Of a stretch of DNA of 64,000 nucleotides, positions 46,501-61,800 are shown in pieces. The notes beneath the pieces are model-generated. The model was not told the DNA's origin, did no database searches, and was given only the letters and a program-made list of their open reading frames with translations. Each line of letters opens with the position of its first letter. The stretch's first letter is position 1. A program made the position numbers and the translations under genes. Source of the DNA: Raillietiella orientalis (lineage: Eukaryota); the NCBI GenBank assembly GCA_036172245.1, contig JAYWIR010000005.1:3596001-3660000 (forward strand), given 5' to 3'.

Positions 46501-48887
46501 CCGGTGCACAGCGGCGGAACCGGGCTCCTGGTGCTCGACCTCTCTGCACTGATGAGAAAGACAGACCATGTGCCTGCCTCCTTTCGCTCAGCGAAGCTGC
46601 GTCTCTCCTGACGATAAACACGGACACCTTTGGAGTCTGAACAAAACGCATTTTATGGAATGCACCTACTTTACGTAGAGCTCGATTCCACAATGCACTA
46701 TAGAGGTCTCTCTATATTTCCAATTTGAAATGAAAATGGAATCAAAACACACGCCATAGTTGAACACAAACATCTTATTCCATAAAAGCGCAAACAAAAT
46801 ATCTTGCACCTAGGAATGTTAAGAGATGAAATAAAAACCTCGGCTTTGCGTTTGGTCATTAATAAGCGTGGATTAAATGGATGAACTCCCTTACAAGCTG
46901 GTAGGTTTATGGTGTTAATTTAAGTTACTCGTACCATGAATGTTAGTAATTCCGTAAACCATTACGCAGGTAATGGGAACCACAACATGATGAGCTACGA
47001 CATAGTAAAGATGTTCCCAATCTTTTGTGCTATGTCACAACATGTGTGTAAATAACGAATCATAGCATCAAAATAACAACGAATGTACCAAAAGAGTCCA
47101 AAGGAATAGGAAAGTCTTATCGATTCACGCACATTCCGTCTTTCATACATATTCGGGTTCTATCTCCAGATTTGGATGTTTCCGAAATACAAAAAAAGTA
47201 ACGGTTCCTTGACTACTTTAATCGGAATTATCAGCCCCCTCGCATTGATTTGCAAACACCAGACTGCAAAACTGCACAAACTTCCCACATTTTCCGAACA
47301 CCTTGTAAAGTATCCACCCGAAATAGGTAGTTTTCACAAGGTTTGTAGTCCTTAACACACGTACCGACGTATAGCAACAAATGCATCGAGATGGCAATTT
47401 CTGATACAGTTCGATGCAAAGCAAAAGAATTTTTGCTTCTTACGATGATTTGTGTTTCTCAATACAATTGTATTAAAGAATAAGAAAAAACATTTATGAA
47501 AACATTTAAAGATTTATGTGTTTCAATATGTTTCCTTATATTCAACGTATGTGCAAACAAATTTATCTTGAGAAAATTATAATAAAGTTCTAAATATATG
47601 GTGTATGTATCTCATTGTTCTATAAAACACACAAATTTACCAGCAGATGTGTTTCCTAAAGATGGATCTTTTATGAAACAGGTATGCACAGGATCACATC
47701 TAGATGCATAAATCTTGTATAAAAGTCCTTATTAATTATGACTTTACATAAACAATTCACAAAATAAGAGTCTGTCACTAATGCTCAATCCACATACAAG
47801 TCTACTTGGTATGTTTTTAGGTTATGGAATGCTATCTTGTTTGTAAAAAAAATAAAATAAAATAAAAAAAAACTAGAAGTATTCAAAAGATCTTCGAAAA
47901 CTTCAGAAATCAATAGAATATTTTTACAAATTTTGGAAAATCAATTTGTTTTCTGTTACCTATCCATATATGGCACCCATCCCATTCAACTTGCATCATT
48001 TACAAATTGCATACATGACTAAACCAAAAAATCCTCATTTTTCATCACATCAGGCACACAATTATTTGAAATAAAATGACCCATACCAACACGAAAAGTC
48101 AGTTACAGTAACTAGCAAAATCTGGCCTACCAAAGGAAGTTCTTACTCAGCTTGTCTAGTTCCAAGTGAATCAATTATCATGCATTAGGTTTCAACAGCT
48201 AAGTTCCTACCAACAAATCCTCACATACAGAACAGAACTAAAGTAACCATTATTCCTCCCATAAATGTGACTGTTTTACAGTTGCAACTTCTGATACTTT
48301 TTTGTAATTTAGAGCTCATCATCTACATTGTCTACTTTTCATGAAAATTATCAATATTTTACTTCATTAAACTTCTATATGCCTAACTAGTGATTATAAG
48401 CACAAAAAAAATTACAAAATCAGAATGAAAAAGGGTTTGTTAGGACAGCATTAGCTTGACTCAAATACAATGCAGAGTATGTGAAGTATTGCTCAAGTTA
48501 TGGCAAATAACACTTCACAGAACAGTTTGCAATTAATGTCTTCCTTAACATATTAAATATTACTCATAAGGATGCTCCATCTGTCACTAATGTAAGCAAT
48601 TCTCCTGCTTATCCCAATGCATGCTTACTAATCAAGCATTAATTATGTCTGATGCAACATAACTTGGAATGGCTACAGTTGCCATTTATTTCATTCTTTC
48701 TTCAGCCTCGATTGTCTGTTGCTGCCGACAATCTTGCTGATACAGACATGGCCACTAGCAAATAAATGCACAACTTTCAATAACCAACTCACTTTATCTG
48801 AGTTCAAAATTACAGGTGGACAACACATGGCATTTGTCTCTTGGGAAAAACACATGTACTGCAGATATAAATCTTCTAAACTCACAG

Positions 48888-49766
48888 TTACTCACGATGT
48901 AACAGAACAACCAATCCAAGTACAAGAAGAATGGCATACTTTATATAAAGTTATCTTTTTGTTTGTTATACATTATCCTAACTTACCTTTAATTTAGGAT
49001 AGTCATTCATTAATATAGTAACAATGCCCACATAAGGCACAAATCCCTTTGCCCTTCCAATAACATCTGAAGAATTCAGCCATAACTGCCCAGGAGCATA
49101 TAAACCACGATCATCTACATTGTTATTATCACCTTTGGTAAGGAATTTCATCTGACCATTTTCTCTGAATCAAGATTAGTTTTACATTGTATATAATGGA
49201 CTTACTTTTCATGAAGCTTGATTACACGATGTACTATAGGTATCTCTCTACCTTCGATTTTAAACACTACAATATCACCTACTCTGATTGGATCCTCTGG
49301 ATAATTGGTAAGGAATAAAAGATCACCCCTATGGAAGGCCGGCTCCATGCTACCACTTCAAGAAAATCAAACATGAATCATCACAACAAAATTTTTAACT
49401 TATGCAACATATGTAAACTATCATTCAATACCAAACGCAGTAATGATATATTGTTTTTGGAACATTTCGCTCAAAATTACATTCGTTGTGAAATACTTGT
49501 GAGCGTATTCACAAAAAAAATAGTGTTCTTTGCTAAATCAATATAAAAATACCTTAAAACAACTACAATTGGACTTTCACTTCCCGTGCAAATCATTAGA
49601 CCTTTCCAAATCATCAAGGCTGATGAGACTATAATTATCAGATTCAGTATCTGATACACCCTCTACAAAAAGGTTTTGGTTATAAAAAAACAATACCCCA
49701 CTTACAAACCTGTCGTTTACTCATTCGCTGTAATTCAGTAAACGCATTTACAAATTTTGATGTCAT
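48888..49766 (-). CDS. SEC11: Signal peptidase complex catalytic subunit SEC11 (181 aa); exons 49766-49710, 49662-49553, 49355-49206, 49164-48987, 48938-48888
   Basis: Motifs [57 protein letters not shown] and [16 protein letters not shown]. All introns are GT-AG and in frame, 546 nt in total. Confidence 0.97.
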
Positions 49767-52700
49767 GCTCAAGCACTGTTACACTTGTACTTCCCAACCT
49801 TCCCAAGCTACAAAACAAAGAAAACTCCGTTGCACAGCTTTCACGAAATTGTCCTTTCCAGAAAGGTATTTCGTAATATTCTGGCTTAAGTTTTTTGTAG
49901 TTTCGCAAATTTTGAGAATTCAACAACTGGGGATCAAAACTAACACAAAGGTTTTCATCCAAGAATATCAGTTCTCTTTAAAAAGAAACACATCCTCATT
50001 TTCTTTTGATTCCTCGAACGACACGAGTCCACACTCATCTCCACACGTATGCACAGCATTCCCGTTTAGCGATTTTTCATTTTTTGCGTTTTTCTTGCAG
50101 CTGAACTGAAATGAATGAAAAGTCTTTCTTATCTATCCCATATTATTTTATAAACTTGTTTTAAAAATGCCTTTGATTAATATACTACTATTCAAAATAT
50201 CACTAGATGTATAATCTTTCTTTGTATCTATATTTAACACTCAAGAACGACAGAACCGGCACGAGCCGGTCCGTTCCATCCACCTTCCATTAACATTTGT
50301 TTTGTTTAAAGAAATTCAGTAATTGGAGACCGAAAAATGGATAACCTGGTCCAGTTGTCATCTCTTCTTAAAACTTTTCCTTGATGATTAATGGTTTTTG
50401 AAGTTTTTAAATAAATATCTGGATGGTGTGCATAAAACTTCCTTATATTCGACGCAAATACTCCTACAGGTTCCACAAAATCTCAGTTTCCCTTTGAAAT
50501 AATGAAAATTCAACCCTAGTACGAATACTAAGTTTCAACACAACACGAAATACTCCTCAGCATATTGGGAAACAGAAGGTTGCAAAAATCTTGAAAATAA
50601 GAATGTGATTATGAATCATAAACAGATTGAAATCTACGAGAAATTTGCAACGTTTCTAAAAAGTATTTTTCAGTTATTATTCAATGGATAGGAACGCACA
50701 TAAGTGTACTCCGAAGCATCTCACCCCTTCTAACGAAACCTTGATTATCTTGCTTGTTTTATTGTCATGAGTTTTGATATACTAAGAATCTCAGTCAGTT
50801 CCAGCTGGATATTGAAAATGTTTTCTTTTTCCAAATTAACATTTTACTTTGAAATCAAATTAGGATGACACCGAACAAAGCAATACTACTGTTAGTTCCG
50901 AATAGAATATGAATTTTCGTGAGGTATCACCTAGAAGATATATCTTCATTGTTCTCAAGACAATGGATGCTGTATCATAGATCTGCATGATTTCTTGGAC
51001 TTTTGTTTTGAATCATTCTCAGCATTTGTGGATTCTTTCTCAAAATTGCAGCTGTTTTTACATGTCTTTTAAGCAGTTTATATTTGATGTTATGGGAAAT
51101 GAATCTATCTTTTCTTCTTACATAATTTAAAATTAAGTGCTTTGATGGAATACATGCAAACAAACGAAAATAGGAAAAGCTTCTAAATGAATGCCTTCTC
51201 TTATTTTTAGTTAATAAATATTATTGCAAGAGCACTCATATTTCCTATACAAGAAAATCTTCCTTAAAATCAAAATGCTTTTGAGTACATACTTATCCCT
51301 GCTGTATACAGCTATATAGTGCGTGGACTATGGAACAGTTATTGGCCATCATCAAATTTGCACAAGGACAGATTATTTAGAATTCAAATTTCTGTCATCT
51401 ATATCTCTTTTCTGTACCTTATTTTAACATAGTGGAAATGCATGAAATATATGCATTTCATACCCGTGTGTAACACATGTAAGAAATACGGATGCATGTA
51501 TGCCACTAGTATAGGAAAGGTGTTAACGGTCATTTCTAATATTCTTGAACCTTAATTTTGAAAGAATATAAGAATCAAGTGCGGATAAAATATGGAGAAT
51601 TAAAGTATTGCAAAAATTGAGGTTAGGCTTCCTAAATGACAGAAACTGTTCAAATCTTCTAATGGTGTATTTCCAGTAAAATTGTATACACCCAACTTTT
51701 ACCCTTTGGCAAACAAAATTTTGATTTCGTCACAGACAAAATAGATTAGCCATTTTTGGTAAGCATGAGTAATCAGTTCCATTGAATGCTGAATTTGAAT
51801 TTTAGTTTCAGTGTCCCTTGTACAGTTAAAAATATGTTTTCTTAAGCTATTTTAGTCAACTAAAATCAGTTGATCCATTGAACGGCTGTCTTCGGACAAA
51901 CATTTATAGCTGAATTTTTATTGCTGGTCCATTATGAAGCCACTGCAACTATAAAGCCACACGCTACTTTAAGGAGCACTTTAAGCTGCATACAGACGAC
52001 ACTTGCTGTTTTGATTCTCCCTTGACTATTATGGGAGCAGATGCTTGCATGAGTTGTACTCTTCATTTTAAAATAGAAATTCTTTTACTTTCTATTTCTA
52101 TTTGGACTAAAATGAATTCCAATTTTTGCTTTCCGAGTGCATACTCTGATTTCTGAAGTCGTACTCACTCTCGCTGCAAACATCAAATTGGTCATTCGAG
52201 TATCCATAAAAAGAGTAATAATCTGTTTTTATCGTCGTATTTGATATTTCTCTTTGAGATTAACACATAAGAACTCAGTCTGCTCTTATAGAGACATTAT
52301 TCCCTACTTCTGAAGCCTTCTGAAAATGTCACCAATAGGGATACATCTTGGAATTTTGATACCAGGATTTTCAGGACTTTCCTAAATCTGCGAGACCGAT
52401 AACAAAGGTAGTCAAATATTAGCCTAATACTCCATATCCAAATGCATCTCATTTCTCTTGGTTCGCGTATCAAGATGAAACCAAGTCAGCCACAACACCC
52501 TCAAGTAGAAGACTCTTGGGTTTCTTCCATCCCTTGCAATCTCTCAGCAGCTGGATTGCTTTTCCATTTCCCAGATCCCCAATCAAGATGCTCTGGACAT
52601 AGACAGCCGTTACTAATCCAGAGAACGAAACTACATCCTCAATACCGAGCGGAGCAGACGTCTAGGTCTCCAGGGCTTCGTTTTTCCGGTGAGCGAATCC

Positions 52701-54714
52701 AGTGTGTCCCCTTAGAGTCGGTGTCCCTCCTATCCTCCTCTTCTTAGTGAAGCTAGAAATCGATTGACTTAATTTCCATGCGCGAATCACATTAGGCTAT
52801 CTTGCTGCAGCAGCAGCATTCTTGCAACCGTAACATGTTTCTAATTCTTTAAGTGTACCGCTTAGAGCTCATAATGATTCTAAGCTTAGAGTCAGATAAA
52901 TTGCTTTCCTCAAGTAATCTCTTGCCCATTCCTCACAGATTTTCAATGACTAAATCATTTGCACCGATGTTCACTCGTCACGTGCAATACCTAAGTTCGA
53001 TTCTTTACGTGTGACAACTACTGGAAGCTAGAACCCTTGGGATCAAATTTTATTATTTCCAAATGTGCATGTTCCTGAAACGGCAGCATCAACCGAGAAA
53101 GAGAGTACTTCAACTCTCCACGAAACATAAGCCAAGTATGCGGGTATCGCTGGAGGGAGCTTTGCTACGCTGACATGTCCAGAACGCATCCCTATGGTGC
53201 GTTAGTTATGCCATCTAAAAAAATCGCTTTTGGCCCCTTTTGGTGTGCATTTTACTACAGCTCAAGATGATACAAAGACTGTGAAACATATCTTTAAAAA
53301 ATACATAGCAATTTTAAGGGAGTTGTTGACTAGATAGTATTAAACAAATTACACTCTACTCTGAAGGGAACTGAATCTATGGGTTTTCAACATAAAGATG
53401 ATTGAGACTCATGCTTGCAATAAGTATTAAATTTATTTGGATATAAGCTGTAATGTTATAAACAGTGTGGTATGAGCTTATTGAGATTGCAGCGAATATG
53501 CGGTAGGCGGTCATAATTTTAGTATGGCTCATGGAATCTCTATGAATCATCTGCGAATTCCATTTGATAGATTGCTGGCGGAAATACTAGCTCTCGACCT
53601 GGAATTGAGAGCCTAGGTTTATCCTGAATTTGGTTTTGAGCTCTCTCGGTAATACTTTAGTTGTCACACAGATAATTTCCTCTGAGATTGACTCTCAGAT
53701 TTTCAAGTTTTAAGCATATCTATGTTTAGCTTTAGTTCACATTTCCCATCCATATTTCTTTTTTAATGGTAGATTAAAAACGAATTCATCATTGTTTTAC
53801 TCAGCTTTGCATACTGCTTGATTTATGAGAACTTATTTCGTAATTTCTTTCCATCATTTCTGAAACTCCTGGGCATTCAAAAACCATTTGTTGTCTTAAA
53901 CTGAATCTTTCTTATAAGAAATTTGCATTGTGTTTATTCATTTATCCATTTATTGAAGCAAGTTTGAGTTCAGGATCAAATACGTGCAATTCTGAAATCA
54001 CAGGATACTCTGTGATTTCAATCTCGAAATACTCTATGATTTTCAATGAGCTTTCTACACTGGTTGCAACTTTTATTCAGATGGAATTTTCCTGAAAAGA
54101 GCATAAAATCTTTCATTGTTTTGTTTTGTTTCTGCACACCCTTCTTATACATTATGAATTTTATTTCTATGTTCCCACATTCGCTTTGTTATTGCAGATT
54201 TACAGGTTTAATGGAAATTCGAGCTCCTTGAAAATGATCTATCTAGTTTGATGTAAAATGCAGCTTTCCTATTAATTTAGATCAGAAATTGGGCAAAGCA
54301 GATTATTAGGAACACTACAGGTCACGAATGATGCTCAGATAGATTTCGTTTGGTGATCCTCGAACGAAAGTTTAAAGATCACCAAACGAAATCGCTGAAG
54401 TGCACATAAGTACCCGTTGCATTTATGTACGTGGGAACTTCAGATAACCTCAAATGGGAGCCGAATGCACGAAAAGCATTCCACATCATAGGATGCCATG
54501 AGAAAGCATCGTATCACAGGAGAAAAACACGGTGAATTTGTAAGCATCCTAAACGAATTGAAACCAGAATATAGACTCATTGAAATAACGTAAAGTGTGC
54601 AGGATCCCAATATCTTAAAACTCGGTTCAAGAGACTGACACTTTCAGAACAACCGATGAATCTTGAATATCATTTGGAAACGGTGACAGCTGGTCGACCA
54701 GCTGTCACCGTTAC

Positions 54715-54917
54715 TGCCAAGGCCTACACGTCTCGCCGGAAGACACTTTCCAAAAATTTTATACCGTCTACACCATCAGAAAACTAGTGCATCGCGAAGG
54801 TGTATCGTGTGTTCAAAAAATGGCACTGGTAAGGAAACACGGTGTTGGTGCCTGTGAGGTGCCACTTTGTGGCGCGTCTTGCCTTGAACAATATCGTAGT
54901 GCAAAATTCAGACTGAA
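54715..54917 (+). mobile_element. piggyBac-type transposase C-terminal cysteine-rich domain remnant (frameshifted)
   Basis: RPTRLAGRHFP...SRRCIVCSKNGTGKETRCWC / CEVPLCGASCLEQY fits the RLxGxHFP...RRCxVC...KETRxxCxxCxVPLC pattern of piggyBac C-termini. Confidence 0.75.
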
Positions 54918-55556
54918 TTTCTCACGAGTCTTTTCTTTTTCCTGTGTATGAAGTTTCTTATTTTCTGTACAATAACGGAATTTTTTATCAATCGTTTTTT
55001 TTGTTTTGTGTTTCTGCCATAGGTAAATTTGCAGTGCGTTCGAAGTACATGTCAGTCTTCGCCAGTTGGCACCCACAGGCGGTCTCTGGAGAGGAGTCCC
55101 CGCGGGATCCTGGAAGTAGCCGAAGAGTGCCCGGCATGCGTTGGGCTTCGACATCGCCGCTCTCGGGAAGGTGGTGGTACGCGACCCCTGTGAGGCTGCT
55201 GCAAAAGATCACAAATTTTGCATTTGAGGAGGACTTCTGGCAGTTAAGAGACTTAACTCGGGACTGGTTTGGGTAATAACTAAGTAGTGGTTAGCCGTAA
55301 TTGTATGTGGTGTATTCGATGTGCATACAACTTTTATTAGCGATGCCGTTTTGGTGAGTGTCTTATCTGTGGCATTGTATTAGTAAGAGTTTTGTTTTAC
55401 GTTCACTCCTATGCAAAAAGTTACAGTAATTTAACTAAAAGTTACACTATATATATATATATATATATATTGCTGATGGTTAATCACCAGCAGTTTTTAA
55501 TTGAACCAGTGTTTTTGGATATTTTGTGCTGTATTGACCCCTATTTTAGGTAAACT

Positions 55557-58500
55557 ATGAATGGATTGACAGATGCTTCTGGTCAGAACAATAAAAATGC
55601 AATTTTGAGCAAATTACGGCAACTGGTTCAGTTTTATTCAGCAAAGGTGCAGTAATTTCTAAATGAAAATTTTCTAATGAAATTATTTTACGACCTGATA
55701 CCTAACAGTATTTGCCGCCGTTAAATGAAAATGAACTGATTCATGAACCTGAAAGTTTGCTTTCAGGAAATGATACAAGTATGTATGATGGTGAACATAC
55801 CGTTCTTTTCAGTTAAATTTTGCCACTGCATTGTTTTGGGCCGATAAGGCCGACAGCTTGTCCAAAGGTGAATATGAAGATGCATTATCATTAGCAATAT
55901 GTTTATTGAAGACGAAGCAGCATCAAAGAGCTGCATTTCTTCTTCACAGCAGAAAACTTACCAAGGTAGGAGTGCTTTTAGTTTATTCATCCCTGTGTTC
56001 TCCACTCATTTAAAGCATTTCAAGAGTAAGCTTTTAATTCAAATGAATGAAGTGTCATTTTGCCATAATTGATAATATCATGCTGGAATATCACAGTTGA
56101 AACTTATATGGAAAGATGAGGAAAAATTGATTAGTACTATAAAAATAACTATCGAGAAGTGAGATCAAAACAGTAAAAAAACAATACTATGCGTACCATC
56201 AGATTCATAAAAACCATTACAGGGAATGATAAATGAAGAACTTTCACAGGTGTCTCAAAAATGTCATCAGTTGAACTTGTAAAAAGCTGGAAAAAAGGTT
56301 GTAATGTTGCAAGTAGTTTGAAATCTTGATCATGAGAAACATTGAGTAGTAGTTTCAAAGTCAGTTACAAAGGCTCAGAACAAAAAAATTATTTTTCGTT
56401 TCATGAACCCATGCAACAACAACATTCTGAAAGAACTTAATCAGAGAACTTAATCAAACTTATAATAATGCATATTAGATGTCAGAAATATTGAATGCTT
56501 TATGGAAATTGGAATGCATAATTACCACATTCATATGCATGATTATTTGTTTTTCAAATTTTGTTGCTTTGAAACTCAACTATTGGTATATGTTGTTCAT
56601 CTTGGCATCCATTTATTAGATTTCGGTATTCTTTAATTAATTGGCTCGGTTTTGATGCTCAGTTTGTTTTGAATTGTTTCGGAGAACCATTTTGTCTTTT
56701 ATCAATGTTCACATTTTCTCATTGTGTATTTTACCCCATGAAACTGTCATAAAGTCACTAATATAAGTATCCAGATTATTTGTTTTGTTTTACCCACTAT
56801 GTCATAATCATGTGTATGCTATTTATCTTGGATTTGTAAAGTTTACAGGGGAATTTTAAAAAAGTTTTTATTGCATATTGAATTATTCCCAGTTGATCAT
56901 GAGCCATTGCTGTATCGGAATTATTATTGTAAAACTGCTCTGACCAAAATTAATGTATATATGTACATTGGGGATGTAAATTTTGCATTTTTTAGATAGT
57001 GTCTTCCATACATATGTATATTCATGCATCAGTGTGTTGAATGCGAAATTCTGTATAATGTGTTTATATCTTTATATGCACATTTATTAAAACCAACCCC
57101 TTTTTTTTCTCCTAACAAAATAGGTGAATATGTTGTGCAAATATATTGCTGCATTATGCTATTATGAGTCACGTGATTATACAGCAGCCATGGAGCTAAT
57201 CGATACTCCCAATCCAGAACAGAAAGTTAATGATTGCTCTTCAACAATTTCTAAACTTTCAATCGATTCTTGTGATGTGGGAAAATTTGGTTTCATATCC
57301 ACCAATGTATGTTGCTTGTGTCAAAGCAATGCATTTTTATTGTGTAATTCCAAGATGGAAAGCACTTTGCAGTTGTTGAAAGCCAAAACTTCTGAAGCTT
57401 TGAATAATCTCACGATGTCAGCAGAATGTTACAAGAAAGCACTGATCTTGGATCCTTATTGTTTTGAAGCATTTGAAGCCTTAGTACAACATCAAATGCT
57501 GACATGTTCAGAAGGTTACAGACCTTAATTGTTATTTGATTTCATTTGCTTTCTAGAAAAAAATTTGCTGGCTTCCATTCCCTGGCATAAAGTCCCAGAA
57601 AATGAGTCCCGTTTTCTGAAAGATTTATACGAAACCTTGCTGGAAAAGTACTCCAAACCACAAGACTTATTCATACCAGAATCTCTGCAATTGTTGGAAG
57701 GCAATCTGGATCTTGAAACTGTAAAGATGGAGAAGCATTTCTACAATTGTGACTATGAAGAAGCATTTCGCATTAGTAAATCGTATGTAAACTAGATGCA
57801 GCTAAACACTCAGTGTGATAGAGTTTTACAACAGGATCCCTTTCATAAAACCTGTTTACCATTGCACATATCGTGTCTGGTAGAATTAAAGCAAAGAAAT
57901 GGTATGCTCTTAACATTGCTTCAAAAAAAAGTAAAAGTTTGCAGCTCTTTTCAAGTTAGCTCACCAACTTGTGGATCTGTATCCAGACAAGGCCCTATCT
58001 TGGTTTGCAGTTGGATGCTATTATTTTCTTATTGAGCATTATGAGCAAGCTCGTCGTTTTTTCCACAAAGCAACAGTGTTGGAGCAGACTTTCTGTCCAG
58101 TATGGTTAGCATATGGTCATGCCTTTGCTGTTGAGAATGAACATGATCAAGCTATTGCTGCTTACTTTAAAGCCAGCAAACTCATGAAAGGGTAGATGGC
58201 AATTCATGGAACTTCTGTTGATGGAATTCTCTCAATTTAGATGCCACTTGCCTTTGCTTTATGTAGGCTTGGAATATGGAATTACCAATAATGCAAAGCT
58301 TGCTGAGCGCTTTTTTCAGCAAGCTCTAACACTGGCTCCTGATGATCCTTTTGTTTTACATGAAATGGGAGTAGTTGCATTTCAGAATCGAGAGTAAGTT
58401 TCCTGCTGTTTTTGATCCATTTAAATGCATTGTTCAGATATCATAAAGCTGAGCAGTTGTTTCGCCAAGCTTTGTCCAAATTAATACAGGTTAGCCAAAT

Positions 58501-58868
58501 GGATATCTCACCCACTTGGGAACCATTGCTCAATAACTTGGGTCATGCATGCCGAAAGTTGAAATTATATGAAGAAGCTTTGCAGTGTCATCAGCAAGCT
58601 TTGATTCTACGTCCACGAAATGCATCCACATATTCAGCACTAGGATACGTGTATACACTGAGTGGGCAACTGCACACTGCCATTACGTATTTGCATCAAG
58701 CACTTGGTTTGCATAGACAGGATAGCTTTGCTGCCAGTTTGTTGAATGCTGTTGTTGAGCAGTTAATGAGTGAGTACAGCCAAAACTCATTCCCGCACTC
58801 AGTTTGATGTAGGTATTGGAGAAGAATTTGAACTTCCCAAAATTGACAAAGATGTCGAATCTAAGTGA
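55557..58868 (+). CDS. CDC16: Anaphase-promoting complex subunit 6 / CDC16 (TPR protein); exons approximately 55557-55646, 55813-55965, 57124-57276, 57355-57514, 57557-57782, 57822-57901, 57945-58191, 58241-58393, 58438-58769, 58813-58868
   Basis: Motifs ALFWADK, LDPYCFEAF, LFKLAHQLVDLYP, SWFAVGCYY, WLAYGHAFAVENEHDQA, GCHLPLLY and WEPLLNNLGHACRKL. The 57277-57354 intron and the last exon are less certain (alternative stop at 58807). Confidence 0.95.
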
Positions 58869-61800
58869 TTGCAAATTAAATCAGATAAATTCATGGACTG
58901 TTTTCATTTTGATTGTATGAGAGAACAAATTATTTTATTATTTGCAGCTGTTCTGCGTTTATACTTTCTTGCAATAATGCAGATTATTGTGACACAGTAT
59001 ATGATAAAGTTTCGATATGATATAGTTTGCCGGATCGTACTTTTAGTTTATTACGTAGGGATCAGCCAGGTGTTATTTTTTTGAAGGATAGTCAGGATGC
59101 TGCCATTTCTTTGCACAAAAAAATTGCAGGTGTCAGCAGTATTGATGGGATTCCTTTCTGGAGAGTTGAATTGGAAAATATGGTATAGGAGTTGCGTTTT
59201 ATGTTAACTTTCTGTCTTTGTATCGAGTCGTTTGAGTTTTGGGGTTTTGCATTACAGTGGAATCATACCTAAAGTATGACTAACTGTAGATTTCTCAAAC
59301 GCCTTTCTTGACTGCGTATGTGAATTTATAAGAATTTGCGATAAATCAAATCCAAATTTGGTGTAAAGGAGGTTTCACGTTAAAGTTCACTGTTGAACTG
59401 CGACGTGACATCTTTTTCCTAGAAGCCCAGACGCCTGTGTGTTTGTGTTCAGTGTGCGAGCATCGAATCTGGAACACTGTGCAAAGTGTTCCCAATTCAG
59501 ACAGTGCTCTTTATATGAGACTGCTAGGTTGTAATAAATTAACCGGTGTTGCATTGCATACAAAACAGCGTGCAAGATTTGCCAAAAATGCTGGTAGAAG
59601 ATTGGAAATTGGATGATAGTAAATTTTGGTAAGTTTGTCGGGAACCGGTGTTCAAAGATATAACCAGAGCTGGACTCCCCAAAGCTGTGAATTCCTGTTG
59701 TTCGAAGTGCATCTGAAATGCAACGTTTTGTTTGAACCGGAAACATCGGGTCGTGTCCGAAGAGGAGTGCAGGAAACCGGATATTCGGTATCGCGCTTCA
59801 GATGCGGTTCAAATACCTCTCTGCAAGTAAAGATTCGCAAAATTCAGCCGGTTTGAAACTACAAAGTGGTGTACAGTAGTCGATCGTTTACATTTGATGA
59901 AAGTGGATGAGGCCTTACGTACAGAAACGTCAAAGAATGTGAATGTAACAGAAAAGAAGAAACTGAATCAGATTATCCCTGTTTGTTCAAAACATACTTG
60001 TTGGAACAAGCTTTCCTGGAAAAAAAAATCTTTAGAGGGGGCACAATAAGAGAACTTCTAGTTGTATTCGAACAGATAAATGACTGTATACAACAGTGTC
60101 AAGATCCATCCAAAGTTCGTCCTACTTCCTGACGGGCGTCAAGCACATGTAAATCACTTTGCAGTTCGAAAATTCGAGACTTTTCGTGAATATTTCCCGA
60201 TTCCTGTTTCGAATATGCTAGATGAAGACGATTTTTCCACCTCCAAGACAACGAGGACCGCTAATTGCGTTCCTATGCAGGGGAAGAGTCATTCAATATT
60301 CTGAGGCAAATATTAATGGAGGAAAGCATAGAGTAAAAACATTTACCTATATTTAAGACGAAGCAACAGACAGATAATCGACTGCTTTCAATCAGAAGAA
60401 ACTTTGAATTCTCACTTGTCTTTCCACCTCGGAATCCATCGTATTCACCTTAAAAGGGTTTGCAACAATTCCAAGGAGATTATTGAGACATTTGAATCAT
60501 CTTTCGTGTTGTTTTTGTTGACCTTCCTGAACAAAAAGTGTAGTTTTACGAATCTTTGTGCTCCTCTAGAAATTAGCGATTTTTCAAAAACGATTATTGC
60601 AATCCAGAATCTCTATTCAAAGTTCTAAATTTGCGATTTTCTGGAAAGCTGAAATTCTTTTACTGCTTCTCTGGACTTGTTCCATCCTTCATACGACTTT
60701 GTATTTACATTTGTGACGTATCTCTGAAGTGTTTTGAAAAGGAAGTTTTGTTACAAATGTACGTCATGAAAAGAATACCACAGATTGATATTTTCGAAGA
60801 AACAAAAAGTGTTAAGAAATCAGATCTTTCTTATTAGATAATTCAAAGGAAGATGTTTACGATCCATTCTAGTAATTTCATTAGAGAAAGTGGATGCAAA
60901 TAGATATTGGTACTTAAAAATAAATATAAATATATGGCAAAGTCTTAATAAACGACCAAAAAAGAATGACAAACAGATATTCCTTCAAATTCAAAGAAAC
61001 TTCATTATGAATCAGTTTTATAAAAAAAAAAGTTGTACATTTGCAGCAAATAGATAGAAATTTGGTCTCACGTATAAGTTGATACAGACAATGGATCTTT
61101 ATGTGGGAAATGTATTAGGACATGATATTACTACATATTATTTACGATGATCATGAAGTCTTCATTATTCAGTTTGCTTGTTTCGTTGCTTGCACATCTG
61201 TCTCATATGAAGAGCACTTTCTGTCGTAAATATCCATTGCTTGTATATCTTTATTGTTTCTTATGAGTGTAAAAGCACATAATCCATCGCACAATCACGT
61301 AATTTTACCACGTCTCTTTCCTCTTCCTCAGAATAATATCTTGTCATTAGCAGTGTACATCAATGCTTTGAAAAAAAATTTTTAAGAGCATTCATAATGT
61401 TTTATTCAAAAAGGGGAATAAAGTTCGATTCGATTTAAGACACAGATGGATGATCTAAAATAGTGTGAATGTTTCTTCTAGTATTTTTTTTTTTCCTGAA
61501 TTGCAATGATATACACGTCGAACGGGAAAAGGATTCTTTATATGAGATACTTAAATTGCAGCTCTTTCACAAAATACTCTATATTGCTGATCAAGACGTA
61601 GGTATGGGGTAACGTGTGTAGTGCAAACTTCCAGGATTCTATTCGAGTTCTTTACGGTAGGACTCACATGTCTAGACAAAGAAAATTTTACAAGAAAGCT
61701 GAAATAAAGGGATTGCAACCATCATGAATAAGCATTTTGCAAAAAAAATTCTAATCAGCTATATAGTGAGATGGAGCTAGTCAGCCATTAATTTTATACG

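Noticed and set aside
48888..49766. Functional link between SEC11 and the neighbouring secreted-peptide cluster
   Set aside because: SEC11 is a universal housekeeping gene, and adjacency alone is not evidence.
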